DNA from: Vicugna vicugna | Lineage: Eukaryota | NCBI GenBank assembly: GCA_013265495.1 | Contig: MU058198.1 | Span: forward strand, 2,120,419-2,184,418 | Reading direction: 5' to 3' | DNA length: 64,000 bases | Shown here: piece after piece, positions 39,001 to 54,000 of the stretch | How the letters are laid out: each line of letters begins with the position of its first letter | Numbering within the stretch: position 1 is the first letter of the stretch | Position numbers and translations under genes: made by a program | Notes under the pieces: generated by a model | The model's database searches: none | What the model was told of the DNA's origin: nothing | What the model saw: only the letters and a program-made list of their open reading frames with translations

Positions 39001-42000
39001 AAATAATCTTGTAATTTCTTAAAAGGGGCAAACTTGCTGTCTTTGTCTAGTTACCAACTATTACCATATCGATTATTGGAAAATGCTTTTCATAGTTCTA
39101 GAGGTTACCTTCTTCCTCATCTAGCCCATTCTAAATTTATGCTTCCCTGTCTGATTCTCAAATGGAATAATAAATAATTGAACAAGGAGGCCCGAGTTGC
39201 TGAGATACATATAAAGGGAGTGGGGGTGAGAGCAGACCCGGTGGCAGTCTAGACGTGAGCAGTGATGCAAGGGAGTTTATGTAACACTACAGCAGCCACA
39301 GAGAAAATCTTTAGAGAAATAGTTTAATTACTTTGACTTTAATCATGGAGGGGGATTTTAAAATAAAAAGTAATGTTGTTCTAAACAGATAAAAAAAAAT
39401 GAAAAGGGAAGTATAGTCATTCTGTTCACGAAAGTCCTGTATTGAGGAAGAGGTAGTTGACTTCAAGCTCATTTGTAATGGGCAAAATGATTTAAGTAAT
39501 GAAGAGCGCTGTGCTCCAGGGAAGGCAGTGCTCGCTGTTCTCTGAGTGTTCTGGCTTGACTTCTTGTTACTCCATGTCCTTCACCTCGCTCCTCTGCACT
39601 CTGTGTCCCAGGGAGTGTTCGTGTACTGCGGAGTGGATGCTCTTGTTGCAGATTACCACTTTCTGGACACCATGATGATCTTCATGCTGTACGGCTGGTC
39701 TGTCGTTCCTCTCATGTATCTCGGAAGCCTCCTGTTTTCTAGCAGTGCTGCAGCCTACATCAAGCTCACCCTCTTTAACTACTTTTCAACTGCTTTTAGT
39801 ATTGTCATTCACATCATAATTAAATACTATGGTAAGGACTTCACACAATTTTTCCTTTTTTCCAGGAAATACATTAAATAAATGGGGATGAAAGAGCTTG
39901 AGGATAAAATTATTAATTGTTAAGCACCTACTTTCTGGGAATCTGAAGCCTGTGATTTTTGGAAATCAGCAAGTATTTATTGAGTGGATACATGAGACAG
40001 AGAGGTTGAGGGATAGAGGGAAGGAAAGAGGAAATGGGGAAAAGAAAGGAAGAAAGTGAGAAAGAAGCCAAACCCTCTGAAGGAGCTGGACTCAGTATAT
40101 CATCCTAGCCTCATGAAAGAAAAAGTTAGAGTAAGAGATTACGACACAAGTGCACCAACATTTATGTCCTATTAAAGATCCCCGTGCCTCGCCCTTGAGA
40201 CTTGGTCCGTCAGTTTTAAAGTTTTAACAGCACGTTGGAGCAAAGTGGGGAGACTGGGGAGCAGAAGGTGCTATGGTATGACTCCTGCCTAATTTAATGA
40301 AGCATATAATCGTGCCTCCTAATGAGTGTTTTTCAGAAGGAAACAGTTAAATATACAACAGATGTAGCCCTCATTAAACCAGTTTCTCTTCCTTTCAGGT
40401 CTGGTTTCAGAAGGATTTCATGAGTAGGTTATCCCTATCTTCCTTTTCTGATTATGAAATTTAAAGAAATGCTGACTCTGCTGGTGATGCCACAAATGAG
40501 ATATGTTCATAGATCATTCCTTTCTTGAATTTCTCTATAAGCATGAATCTTGAACTGCGTTAATCAACTCAGCCCTCCCTGATGTGGCAGAACCCAATCA
40601 GAAGAGACTTCCAGACTCATTCCCTGACTTTAGACCTTGGCCTCACACAAAATGAAACATAGCTTTTTCGTTCTTTTTGCATACCTATACAAGGAGTTTG
40701 CCATGTGACTAAAACTTGAGCCCCTGCATAGAAGGCTAAAAAGCCAAGTATTCATGCATTCATGTTCATTCCCTGAATTAACTACATGGCAATCACTTTT
40801 ATACTATCTATGGATTCCATTGGTGGTCTGCACTATCAATTGATCGGTCACCCATTCTATCTCATGTGTATTTCCTTACTAACTTTTTCTCTGCTAGTAA
40901 CTTTTGGACTCTGGTACCAATATCCACTTATTTCCCATGACTCCAGATAGAACTGAAGATCATTTGTCATAGCAGGTTTTCTATCATCCCTCCCTCACTG
41001 AATCCTCCTCCCTATAGGCAGACAGTCTGTAAAGATCTCAGATTCTCCTAACAGAAGGTGAGGGAGGACTAGTAATTTTAATCTTCTGTATTGTATTCAT
41101 TTCTGAGACTTTACTGCCTGGCCTTCGTGTATTGTCCTAATCCAGAGGAAAGAGCTCTGGGGCACATCAGGGTAGCAAACCTTGATTTCACTTTATCTAC
41201 AACCCAGATAATAGGAGTTTTCTGAATTCCAGTTTCTAATAATGAAGATTTTTCTCCTGGAGCGTAGTTTTAGGAACTTCTAAACTTGTTAGTTTTCTTC
41301 TTGGGTTATAATGTAATTTGTCTGCAACAGATAGTTTAGAAACGTAATTCCTTTTCTGTGGTTGAAAAAAATCTGATTAACATTCCGTCCCTGTTACTTA
41401 TTGTGGTAATAGTTCCTACCTTGTATCTAATAGTTAAATTGTGCCACCTAGTCCACATTCTAGGATCCCGTTATTCCCATAGGTGTCAGGGAACCAAATT
41501 CTATTGCAACATACTCTACCATCATCTTCACCCTACAGAAGACAGTGAACATAGAGCTCTTCAAGAATGCATTTCTTATTTTTACTTCTTTATTCAAGTA
41601 TAAGTTGCATTAAGAAAAGTACAGAGACCATAAATGTACAGCTTGGTAAATTTTCATAAAGTGAACATGCTAGTGAAACCTTCCTCTCTCCAGCCAGGTC
41701 TTCCTATGGGCCTACAACCCACTAAGAGCCAGAGAACAAGGTCCTTTGATTTAGTCTATACATATAATCCTCCCAGGGCAGAAAGTGTAATGGAGAAGGA
41801 TAGAGTACAGATTCAAAGGGATAAACAAAAGAAATATGACAAAGAGGCTATTGGATTTGGCACTGAGAAATTCAGGGGGAGACTTGCATGTCCAGAGGGA
41901 TGAAGGACTGAAAATGGTGAACTGCCCTCCGACTTAAAACAACAATATATGTTGTATAAAAAACTGTTCAAACTTTTAAAATTGCATCATTGATCCCACA

Positions 42001-45000
42001 AGAAATTTCAAAATGCAGAGGCCAACAACAAAGTGAAATTCAGCATCCCATGATTTTCCATTTTGGGGGACAGAGGAGAGTAGAAAAACCAAAGGCCAAG
42101 CCAAGGTAGGGATCTTAACAGCAGACGCACCCATAAAGAGGGAGAAGACAGATGCTAGGGAAATACTGTTAACAAAAGTCCTCTCTTGAAATCTGTAATT
42201 GACACACCCATGCTACAAGCTATCAAGGTGAGCAAGCTTAGCGAATTAATAACTATTGTTTTCTCAGATGATCAGCATGCTAGATTGGTAATTCTCTGAG
42301 AGTGGTTTGATCATCTTAGGGAAGTCTGTTTTTAAGGGAGTTTCATTCCTTTCTTACCTGATGCTAATCTATCATCTTTTTAATCATAGAAAATGACATT
42401 CCTCAATTCACAAGAACCTTCCTGGTTAATACATTAATGATGCTTCCTAGTTACAACTTAGCAATGAGTATCAGCAAGTTCTTTGATGACTCTGAGGTGA
42501 AAAAAAGGTGTGCCAGGAAACTGAAAAATATCTACCTGGACTGCGATAAAAAACGTGAGTATCTGGGGTTCCCTGGGTCCTTAAAAACAGCCCATCCTTT
42601 CTAGAGTTATACAAGATTGTAGACAGTCAGAGAAACCTGTCGAATGACATTCAGGAGACAGGCTTGCTGTTTTCAGCATTTTTCTGTACCAAAGTCATTT
42701 TCATAGACTAGGGAATAAAATGAAACCTCAAAGTAAAATCCAAGGTAAATTTATGAAGACACCACCAGATTTAGAATGAGTTACTACTAGTTACTCACCT
42801 TCAGTGTGAAAGTAGCTTCCTACACATTATCTTGAATCTTCACAGCACCCTGTAAGTTAGCTACTATTATTCCAATTTTGTAAATGAGGAGACTGAATAC
42901 TTTACTTAAACTAAAGATTAAATGTAAGTTCCCTGGGTCACTACGTTTTAAGTATTACACAGGTAAAAGAAAAGTAAACTCACAGCCAGATCAAAATCAG
43001 AGGAAAATAAAGGCGTTCTATTAAAGTTTCCATATGTTAGGCTGATTTTATATTTCAGATTGTTTCTAAACATTGAGAAATAATGAGCATATTTACTCTG
43101 TGTGTGTGTGCATGTGTGTGTGTTCATGCACAGCTTGTTCTGGAATCGAATAATTTATATGCAGCCACAGAAAGAGAAATGTAATGGTACTTCACTAAAC
43201 CAGTGCAGGATAAAATATAATTATTAGGGTTAAATGGATTATATTTTCTTACAGTTCCTGAACAACAAATATTATGTCACATTTTAGTTTGCATCATATT
43301 TGGACCATAAGTTCCTCACTCTGCTTTTTAAAAACAACTCTACTGATTTATTATTTACATACTATGATCAGTTTAAATTAATTTATTTTATTTTATTTAT
43401 TACTTTTACTAAATTTATATAGTTGAGCCATCATTATCACAGGCTAATGTTAGAGTATTTCCATTATCTGAAGAAGATCCATCACGCCTGTTTACAATCC
43501 CCATTACAATGCCCAGCCTAGGCATCCACTAACATACTTATTGCCTTAAAATATTTGATATTTATGAATATATCAATAGAATCATTTTGTATCTCCATTC
43601 TTTCACTTAAAATAATGTTTTTGAGATTCATCCAGGTTACAGCATATCTCAGTATTCTTTTTTGTTGCTGAATAGTATTCCATTGTACTGATGTACTACT
43701 TTCATTTATTTGTCCATCAGTTGATGGACATTTGTTTGGTCAGAAGTTATTAATGGTGTCTTTTGAAGCATAAAAGTTCTAAATATTGAGGAAATTCAGT
43801 TTATTAACATTTTCTTGTATAGGTAGTGTTTTTTGTTTTTTGTATTATATTTAAAAACTCCACCTAACCCAGAGTCAAGGCTCCAATGTCTTCTTCAACA
43901 TGACTAGGTCTATATATAGGTCACAGCATAATTTGTCCCAGCAAAAATTATATCATTTCCCCATCAAATTGTCTTGGTACCTTTTTTAAAAATGGATTGA
44001 CCATAAGTGTAAGAGTTTATTTTTGGAAGATAAATTCTGCTCCCTTGATCAATATTTCTATCCTATGTCACTATCAAACTGTTTTGGTTACTTTAGCTTT
44101 TTAGGAAGTTTTTAAGTTGACAAGATCATCCTTGATCTTCTTCAAACTGTTTTGGCTCTATAGTAGCAATGAACAATCCAAAAAGGAAATAAAGAAAATA
44201 TATTCATTTACAATAGCATTAAAAAGAGTAAAATACTTAGAACTGAGTTTAAGCAAAAAGATGCAAGACATGTATATTGAAAACTACAAAACATTGCTAA
44301 AATAAATTAAGGACAAGTTAAATAAATGGAAAGATATCACACATTCATGGATTTGAAGACTTAATATGGTTAAGATGGTAATACTCACTCAAGTGATCTA
44401 GAGATTCAGTGTAATCTCTATCAAAGTCCACAATGGCCTTCCTTAATAGAAATGGAAAAGCATAATCTATAATTTATTTGAATCACAAGGGTGTTGCAAA
44501 TACCCAAAATAATATTGAAACAAGGAAAGCAAAATTGGAGGAGTTACAGTTCCTGATTTCAAAACTTACTACAAAGCTACAGTAACAAAAACAGAGCTGT
44601 AATGGCATAAGGATAAACATATAGAATAATGGAACAGTCTGAGAGTCCTGAAATAAAACCATACTTTTATGGTCAATTGATTTTCAGTGAGGTTACCAAG
44701 ATCACACCATGAGAAAAAAAAGACTTTATCCCTTCAACACATGGTGCTGGGAAAACTGAATATTCACATGCAGAAGAATGAAGCTGAAACTTTACTTGAC
44801 ACCATGTACAAAATTTAAGAATAGATCAAAGACCTAAACATGAAAACTAAAAGTATAAAACTCTTGTAAGGAAATATAAGGGTAAATTTTCATGATCTGT
44901 GATTTGACAATGACATACTATATATGACACCAAGAGCATACAAAAGAAAAAATAAATATATCTCATCAAAATTTAAAGCTTTTGTGCTTCAAAGAACACT

Positions 45001-48000
45001 ATCAAAAAAGTAAAAGAACAACCTGCGAAATGGGAGAAAATATTTGCAATCCATGTCTCTGGTAAGTCTAGCATCCAGTATGTATACAGAATTCTTACAA
45101 CTCAAGAGAAAGCCCAATTTTAAAATGAGCAAAGGACATGAATAGATATGTCCCCAAAGAGGCTATACAGATGGCCTTCAAGCACATGAAAAGATGCCAA
45201 ACACCATTATTCACTGAAGAAATGCAAACTGAAATCACAATGAGATAGGATTGATGTCAACATCATGGTGATGTGAATCATTCTTTTTTTCTCTCCCCTT
45301 CAATTTATAATTAATTGGACATCTGTAACCAAAGAAAGCATCTCTGCACAGCATACCAGGACACCCAAGAGACTCATCCATCTGTGCACCCAAAAGTGGA
45401 TGGATTGAACCATGCAAGAGCCTGTGCAAGGAGGTGGGTGGTCGTGGAGCTGGCAGTGGCCGAGAAGGCATAGCAGGTTCAGCACCAAGGCAGTGTTACC
45501 TTTCTGGAAGAGGAGATTGAGCATGGAGGTGATGAGTGGTGGTCTCCCTAAACACATGCTGCAGCTGGAAGTCTCTCTGAGTGACTGAGGGGAGAGAAAG
45601 GAAAAAAAGTAGGCAGACAAAGAGGACTGAAAGAAGGCATTTGAACAGTTAGAAGCAAAGTATAACAAAGAAAGGTGTTTGCACTTCAGATGTGGTGGCA
45701 GAGGCATTTTTCACCAAACACCATCAGAAAGTACAATAATAAGGTATCACAAAAAGAAAATGACAATTTCCCAGCAACTGAACCTAAAAGACATAGAATA
45801 TTGTGATCTAAATGATAAAGAATTCAAAATGGCTGTTATGAAGAAATTCCACAGACTACAAGGAAACTTAGAAAGGCATTAAAATGATCTCAGGGATCAA
45901 ATTAATGAACAGAAGCACTTTACCAAAGCAACTGCAATTCTAAAAACAAAACAAAAACAAAAAAAAACAGAAATGTGGTGCCAAAGAATGAATGAGAGGA
46001 AGAATGCACTGGAAATAAAGCAGATCAGATAGAAGAGAGAATTAGTGAACTTGAGGATAGATATATAGAAATGGTTCTGGTGAAGAGGAGACAGAACAAA
46101 ATTTTTTTACGTGAGGAAATCCTACAAGACTTGTCTGACTATATTGGGGGAGCCAAGGTTAATGGCATAAGGTTAATGGGTATTCCAGAAGGAGAAGAGA
46201 GGTAGAAGGGAGAGGAGAGCTTATTTAAACAATATAACAGCTGAGAACTTGCCAAACCCAGAGAAGGAACTGGATATACAAGTCCATGAAGCTAACAGAA
46301 CACCTTATTATCTCAAACAAAAAGACCTTCTCCAAGACACATTACATTAAAACTGTCAAAGTCAATTATAAATAATTTTAAAGGCAGCCAGTGGGGTGAT
46401 GGGAACAACAGTAACCTACAAAGATACTCCATTAGGCTGCCTGTAGATTTCTTAGCAAAAACTCTACAGGCCAGAAGAAAGTGGAATAACATAGTTTAAA
46501 TATTGAGATTTAAAACTACAAATACAAAACTACAATGAGCTATCACCTCACAGGTGTTAGAATGGCTATCATCAAGAGACAACAGGTGCTGGCAAGAGTG
46601 TGGTTAAAAGGGAACCCATATGCATTGTTGGTGGGAATGTAAATCAGTCCAACTATTGTGGAAAACAATATGGAGTTTCCTCAAAAAATTAAAAATAAGA
46701 TCTACCATACAATCCAGTACTTCTGCATCTGGCTGTATACCCAAAGGAAGTGTGAAACAGGATTTTAACAAGATATATGCACTCCCACATTTATTGCAGC
46801 ATTACTCACAATAGTGAAGATATGGAAACAACCCAAATGCCCATCAACAGATGAATGGATAAAAAAGATGTGTTACATATACACAATGGAATATTATTCA
46901 GCCATGAGAATGGAAGACATCCTGCCATTTGCAGCAACACCTTGAGCACATTATGCTAAGTGAGATAAGTCAGACAAAGACAAGTATTGTATGATATCAC
47001 TTATATGCGGAATCTAAAAGAGTTACACCTGTAAAAATCATAGAGTAAGATGGTAGTTACCAGGGGTTTGGAGGAGAAAGGATAAGAATGATGGTATTTA
47101 AAGGTACAAACTTGTAAAGAGTAGTTAAAAAGCCATAGGACCTCATGCACAGTATAATGAATGGAGACAATAATACTGTACTATAACCATGTAATGTGAT
47201 AAATATTGCTACATTGGCAATCATATTATAACATATAAATATATCAGGGTAACACTGTACACCTTAAACTTACAGTGTTACATGTCAAATTTATTCAGTT
47301 AAAGAAAATCACAAGATATCCCTGCACATCCCCTTGGGTGGCTAGAAAAAAAAATGGAAAGTATCAAAGGTTTGGCGAGGAGGTGGATAAATTGCTATAC
47401 TCAGATATTCCTGGCAGGAATATCAAATGTTGCAGCTCCTGTGGAAAACAGTTGCTTGCTCCTCAAAAGGTTAAACACATAATTACCACTTAACCCAGCA
47501 ATTCCACTCGAGTATATACCCAAAAGAACTGAAAATAAGTATTTAAACAAGAACTTGTACACAAATGTTCATAGCAGCATTATTCATATTAGCTTTTTTC
47601 CATAAAAAGTGGAAGCAATCCAGATGTCCATCCACTGGTAAATGGACAAAATGTCCAAACAATATAATGTCATTCAACAATAAAGAGAAATTAATTACAA
47701 ATACATGCTACAACTTGGATGAGTCTTGAAAACATGATGCTAAGTGAAAGACGCCAGACACAAAAGGCCACTTACTATATGATTTCATTCATATAAAATG
47801 TCCAAAATAGGCAAATCCATACAGACAAAAAGTAGATTAGTGGTTGTCAGTGGCTAGAGGATTTGGGGTAACCAAGACTGCTTAATAGATATTGGATTTT
47901 CCTTTGGGGTGATGAAAATATTATGGATCTAGGTAGTGGTGATGGTTGCACAACATCGTAAGTGTACTCAGTACCAGTGAATTTTATACTTTAAAAAGGT

Positions 48001-51000
48001 ATTTTTATGTTACGTGTATTGTTACAGTAAAACACATAAACTGCATTTCTGTATGTTGGTACAGAAAATATAATTCTTATAAAAAGGGAGCGATTTTAAT
48101 ATCTTCTCATCTCAGAAATGTCTCCTATTTGCTTATCCAGGACTTAGCTGTTTGTGTTAATTTTCTCTGTAGTAAAGTCAGGAACTATCAGCTATCACAC
48201 ATTTACATTTAAACTATTGTTCTTTTCTTCTTTGTAAGTATTGCCATTTCTACTCTTCCTATTTAAAACTTTTCATATTTATGGAATAAAATTTTCTCTC
48301 ACGCTGAAGGACTTTAAGGATATTATGCAGGGCCTACAATAGTAGTTAAGCATGCCATAAATGCCTTCATTTATTTGCTTTATTTAATTACTAAGCATTC
48401 TGTTCACAAAGACTCAGCATTTGAAACACTGTGTTTGTAGTAAAACTGCTGTCTATCAAAACTGGTTTTAAAAAAAACAAAAAAACTAGAGGAACCATCA
48501 TTGCCAGGGAACTTTTATAAAAGTAACCAAAAATATCAGGGAAGATCAAATAAGAGACAAATAAAATATTAAGACAATTACTTATTTTCCATATTCTATA
48601 CTTCTCTAAATCTAACTTCATTTAATTTTGATCCTTTATTTCTTAATAATTGGTGTCATCTTAGACTCTGTATAACTTTTTAAAGTAAGGCTATCTCTTT
48701 TATCATCCTCAGTTATTGAGAATAATATCTATGGTTTTGGAGAACATGGGATTGGAAAGTTTTTGATTTCATTGGCTGCCCTGGGCCTCATTTATCTGCT
48801 CCTATTTTTGTGTCTGGAAAGTACATTCTGGAGCCTGAAAAACTTTGTCTATCATAAAATCATATTTAATGTCTACGAGATATTCAGAAAATGCAAGAAG
48901 GTAAGTAACTATCATCAACTTTAGATACAACACAAAGAAAATTCAGTTAGGCCAGAATGCATGAATTTATATATCCCTACGTCTATTAGTTGATAAAGAA
49001 AATATCATTTAATTATACTAAGATCTAACTGGGACTAGTTTGAATAACAGGACTTTTATCTTAGTTTGGATTTCAGGTTCTAAACTTTGAATTCTCTGCC
49101 AAGAAGAAAGTAATCGATTTATATTAGAAAGTGCTGCTTCCTGCACATAGTCTTTGGGATGTATTTGATTGTAGTTACGGAATTGGCTTCTTAAAACTGT
49201 GTAGAATTGTAGAGTTCTATGGTCTCTACCAGTCAGATTATAACCTATTGCTTTACAAAGTTTTCTTATAATTTTTCCTAATCTCAGGGTTTTGCCTAGA
49301 ATTTTTTATTCTAATGGTCCATTCCTCCAGTAATTGAATTCCCACTGGTATATACTTGAACATCTGTTGAGGCAGCAAACCTCCCATCTATCTCCTCGTA
49401 ACTTCCCCTCATTCATCCTAATCCTGTTTGTGGGTTCTATTCCACGGTGGCTCTAGATACGGATCATAAATTTCTCTGAGCCTGCATAACTCTAATATAT
49501 CAGCAGGGACGATATCTTGAGACCATAATAGCCTTTTGTTCTACATGGAATTCTGACTAGCATGAGTCGCATTTAACCAGAGTTTTAGTTCCCTGCTTTA
49601 TGTTGCTAATTAATGCCTAGAACAACATAACAAAACTCCTATTCTATCTACTTTTATACCAAAACCCATACAGATATTTCTACCACAAACAGAAGATGTC
49701 TGCTCCAAGATATGCTCAACCAAAATAAATTTAGGTATATATAGAATAGGAGGGATTTTTCCTGAGTGTCTAGGATTAAACATATGAATGGTACTTTGAG
49801 ATTTTAGACTTAACTTAGACTGAAACAATAGACCCTGAACCATGTCATACACTTCAGATATGAAAAAAGAAGCATAATGACTCAGACAGAGAAAGACAAA
49901 TACTGTAAGATATCACTTACATGTGAGATCTAAAAAAATACAACAAACTAGTGAATATAACAGAAAAGAAACAGACTCACAGATGTAGAGAAGGAACTTG
50001 TGGTTACCAGTGGGGAGAGGGAGGAGGGAGGGGCAAGATGGAGGTGGAGGATTAAGAGGTACAAACTATCGGGTATAAAATAAGTTACAAGTATATACTG
50101 TACAACATGGGGGAAATAGCCAGTATTTTATGATAACTATAAATGGAGTATAACCTTAAAAAATCTGTGAATCACTGTATTGTATACCTGTAACATATAA
50201 TATTGTACATCAACTATACTTCAATTGAAAAAATATATTGTAAAATAAATAAGTAGATAAATTTTTAAAACGAAAAACTGAATTAAGAAAAAGAAGAATT
50301 AATATGGAGGGAGATTTTTTGGATAATATTATGAGAATATTCAGCTGGTAAATTCTTCTCCTATTTGTCACTGCCTCCAGAATGCTGAGAGCAGCACCAA
50401 GCAAGTGACCAAGGCCTCAAAATTTTATACAGTAATCTAATGAGCGACCCTGCTTAGCCTTGATATCCTTAAACCAGAGTGAACTGAATGTCCTATTTTC
50501 AAGCCAAAAGTTCATTCTTAGTTTTCTTAACATTCCAAAATGAGAAAAAGTCACTATTATTAATGAGAAGTAAAAGATAGTTCATGAACCATAAAAAGAG
50601 AAAGATATTAGATATAGATTCTATACTGACAGATTTTTCTTTCAACACTTTGAATATATCACACCACTGCCTTTCAGACGGCACTGTTTTTATGGAATGG
50701 CGTACCGACTTATGAGAGGTCAGCTACTAATCCTTTGTTGTCCCCTTGTATCTAATAAGTCATTTTTCTCTAGCCACTATCAAAATTGTCTTTTTGTCAC
50801 TAACTTTGAATAGTTTGACTATAATGAGGCTAAGTGTGGATCTCTGTGTTAAAACTACTTAGGGGTCGTTTAAATTCTTGGATGTATAGATTCATATTTT
50901 TCATTCAGCTAAGAAATTGGGGTTTGAGGTTTGCAAACACCAACTACTTTATATATAAAGGAGATCTACAACAAACTTCCTCTGTACAGCACAGACAACT

Positions 51001-54000
51001 ATATTCAATATCTTGTAGTAACCTATAATGAAAAAGAATATGAAAATGAATATATGTATGTGTATGTATTATTGAAACGTTAAGCTGTACACCAGAAACT
51101 GACACATTGTAAAATGACTATGCTTCAATTTTTTAAAGGCTTTAAAAAAAAAACTAAATACCCTTATTTCAATTAAAGAAATTTCCTGCATAGTTTAGTA
51201 CTTCCAAAAAAGAAAACTCTAAGCCCAGAAATTTCACTAGTGAGTTGTAGTGAAAATTTAAAGGGGAAATAGCATCAGTTCTACACAGTTTCTTCCAAGA
51301 AGCTGAAGAGGTGGAAGCATTTCTCAATTCATTTTTGAAGTGATCATTAATCTTATGCCAAAGAAAGTGTAAGAAACCAATATCTCTCATAAACACAGAC
51401 ACATAAATCTCCAACAAAATATTTACAAATAGAATACAGGAATATACGGAAGGAATAATGCATCATGAACAAATGGCATTTATTCCATGAATGTAAAGCT
51501 AGTTTAATATTTCAAAATAAATCAGTGTTATAATATTAATACTCAAGAATAAAATCACATTTATATCAATTATTGCAGAAAAAGTATTTGACATTTAATA
51601 TTTATGATTTTTTAAAAAAATTATCTACAAACTAAGGAAACAGGAACTATCTTAACCTGATAAGTGGCATCTACTTACACATGAAGCATACACCGAACAT
51701 AATGGTGAAAGACTAAATGTTTTCTTCTAAGATTGAAAATTGGACAAGGATACTCACTCTTACCATTTCTATTCAATCAATTTTAAGATTGATTAAAAAA
51801 AAACTTAAAGCAATCCTCTTCTCACTCTTTTGATTAGCATATTTACTGAGCTGAATATATTCTCCTGCTCCATTCCTCCTTAACCACTACCACCAAATGA
51901 GTAATTGAAGCAAAAAATAACCAATTCAAAACAACAAAATTTTGCTCCAACAGTACAAATTACTATTCACAAAACATGCCATGTGGTTTCATTCCTACAC
52001 ATCTTTCACTAAGCTCCCACTGCTGATGGCAGCCTTTCTTCCATCACCACCTTCCTTTCATTCTCTCAATATCTTTGTTTATTCCTCAAACTTAGTTCAG
52101 ACTTTGCTTTTAAGGGTCCTTCCCTCAAAAAAAGTGGAGTTCATTCTTTTCTTCTCTTGGATCTCAGGTCTCTTGAATCTCAGGTCTCTTGAACATATTT
52201 TAATTGTAACAAATCACACTATATAATAATTAATAGTATCAAGGCGGCTTTTGTTCTCCACGAAGTGCCCATGTTACTGGCAAGGATATACTGCTTATTC
52301 ATAGCTGTAGAAAACTTGTTCATGACTATAGTTTCCAAAACTGAGCAATTTAGGAACAAATTTGCATATATGATTTCAGGAAATTGGTAGGAAAGCTCTA
52401 AGAACATTTCCTGACATCTTTGAGATTATTCCATCAGGTCAGCTTTCAAAAAGCCACGCAGTTTAAAGCAAGACACCTAAAGTCTATTCACTTCTGTGAT
52501 CCTTGTCTTGAAAATATAGGCTACAGCGTCCATCCAAGTAAACAAGGAATATGAGGATAAAGACGTAGAAGATGAAAGGCAGAGAGTCCTGACACTGTTA
52601 ACTAATTTGAAGCGTGCCCCGCTACTTCTTAACGATCTTACAAAGGTAAAATCATTCAATGTCCAACCTTGCCCTAAGATTTAGCCCACCTTCCCTGCCA
52701 AGACCGTATTGGTAGTATTACTAATTCATTGGAGTTTTATGGGATCGATGTAAATATTCTGGTAAAAGAGACGGCTGAAGGGGAGAAGAGTCCTGTGAAA
52801 CTGCCCACAGGTAGCAGTCCACAGGGGTCTGAGGTTATGGTTGTGGCTGACTGTAATCAGTGCTTTACTACAATGTGGTTCATTTTTAATTTTCTCAGAT
52901 TTACTATAAGTGTCCAGTTGTAAAGGCTGTAAGAAATATCTCCCTTTTAGTCCAAAAATATGAGTGCTTTGGATTACTTGGATTAAATGGAGCTGGAAAA
53001 ACCACTACATTCAAAATATTGACTGGAGAGGAGACCACAACCTCTGGAGTTGTGTTAATTGACGGCATTAGCATCACTGAAAATATCAGAAAGGTATTTC
53101 TGGACCTAATCACTGAGTCGGTGCCCTAAGGGAGGAGGTGACAGACAAGTGGGTGGGGGGCATGGAAGGAAAGCTGGAAGCATTGACATATATACATTCT
53201 TTACTCAAAAATAACAGACTCCAGGGACAGCGATAGTCATGATAACATCCTGAGTTTGGGAAAAGGCAAATATTCTTTCTGGCTGAAACAAAATTTGAGT
53301 ATCTATACATGGATCAAACTAGTAACAGGAAGAGCAGCTATCTCACTTAATCTGCCATGATGTAATTGGAGCTTCTTATAAAACAATGGTTAGAAGCAGT
53401 AGTTGTGAAAGACGTTGAGAAAGTAGAGTTGTCAGGGTTTAGGCTCCATTTGGATGTGGGCTATAAGGGAAAGAAAAGAACCTGAGATACTGTCCTGCAA
53501 TCTATCTTGAGCCAGTGAATGAAAGAAAGTTCCATTCACCCAGAGAGTAAATACAGGACATGAGTATATTCAGAAGAGGATACGCTGAATGTTAGATGTC
53601 TGCGACACATTTAAATGGGAGAATATCCAATAGACAGTTGGAACCTATGATAGTGAATTGATACAGAGATATACATTTCATGGGATTCATCAAAGTGTAA
53701 ATGAAATTTAAACTATGGAACTAGATGAGATAATCTACAGGGAGTGTGTATAATAATGAGAAGAAAGATACGGGCTGAATCCTGAGGATTATCAACATTT
53801 CTAAGATATGGAGACAGAGAGAATACCTGGAGACGTTGGGGAGGATTAGTGAGTTAGAGGAAAATCTGGGTAAAGTTTTATCACAAAATCCATCTGAAGA
53901 AAAAACTGGAAAAAGAAAATGAAATACAGGTGTCAGGCAAGACAGGTGTCCTCTGGACATCACTGAAACAGGAATGCAGTGGGATGACAATGAGGATGGG

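Noticed and set aside
40399..40423. 25-nt cryptic exon after a strong acceptor (tttctcttcctttcag)
   Set aside because: Weak donor; frameshifts alone and gives a stop when combined with the 20-nt candidate; not needed for the ABCA frame
43325..45240. L1 strand switch at ~44159 as a twin-priming inversion
   Set aside because: Each side has its own 3' end and different apparent age, so these are two independent elements
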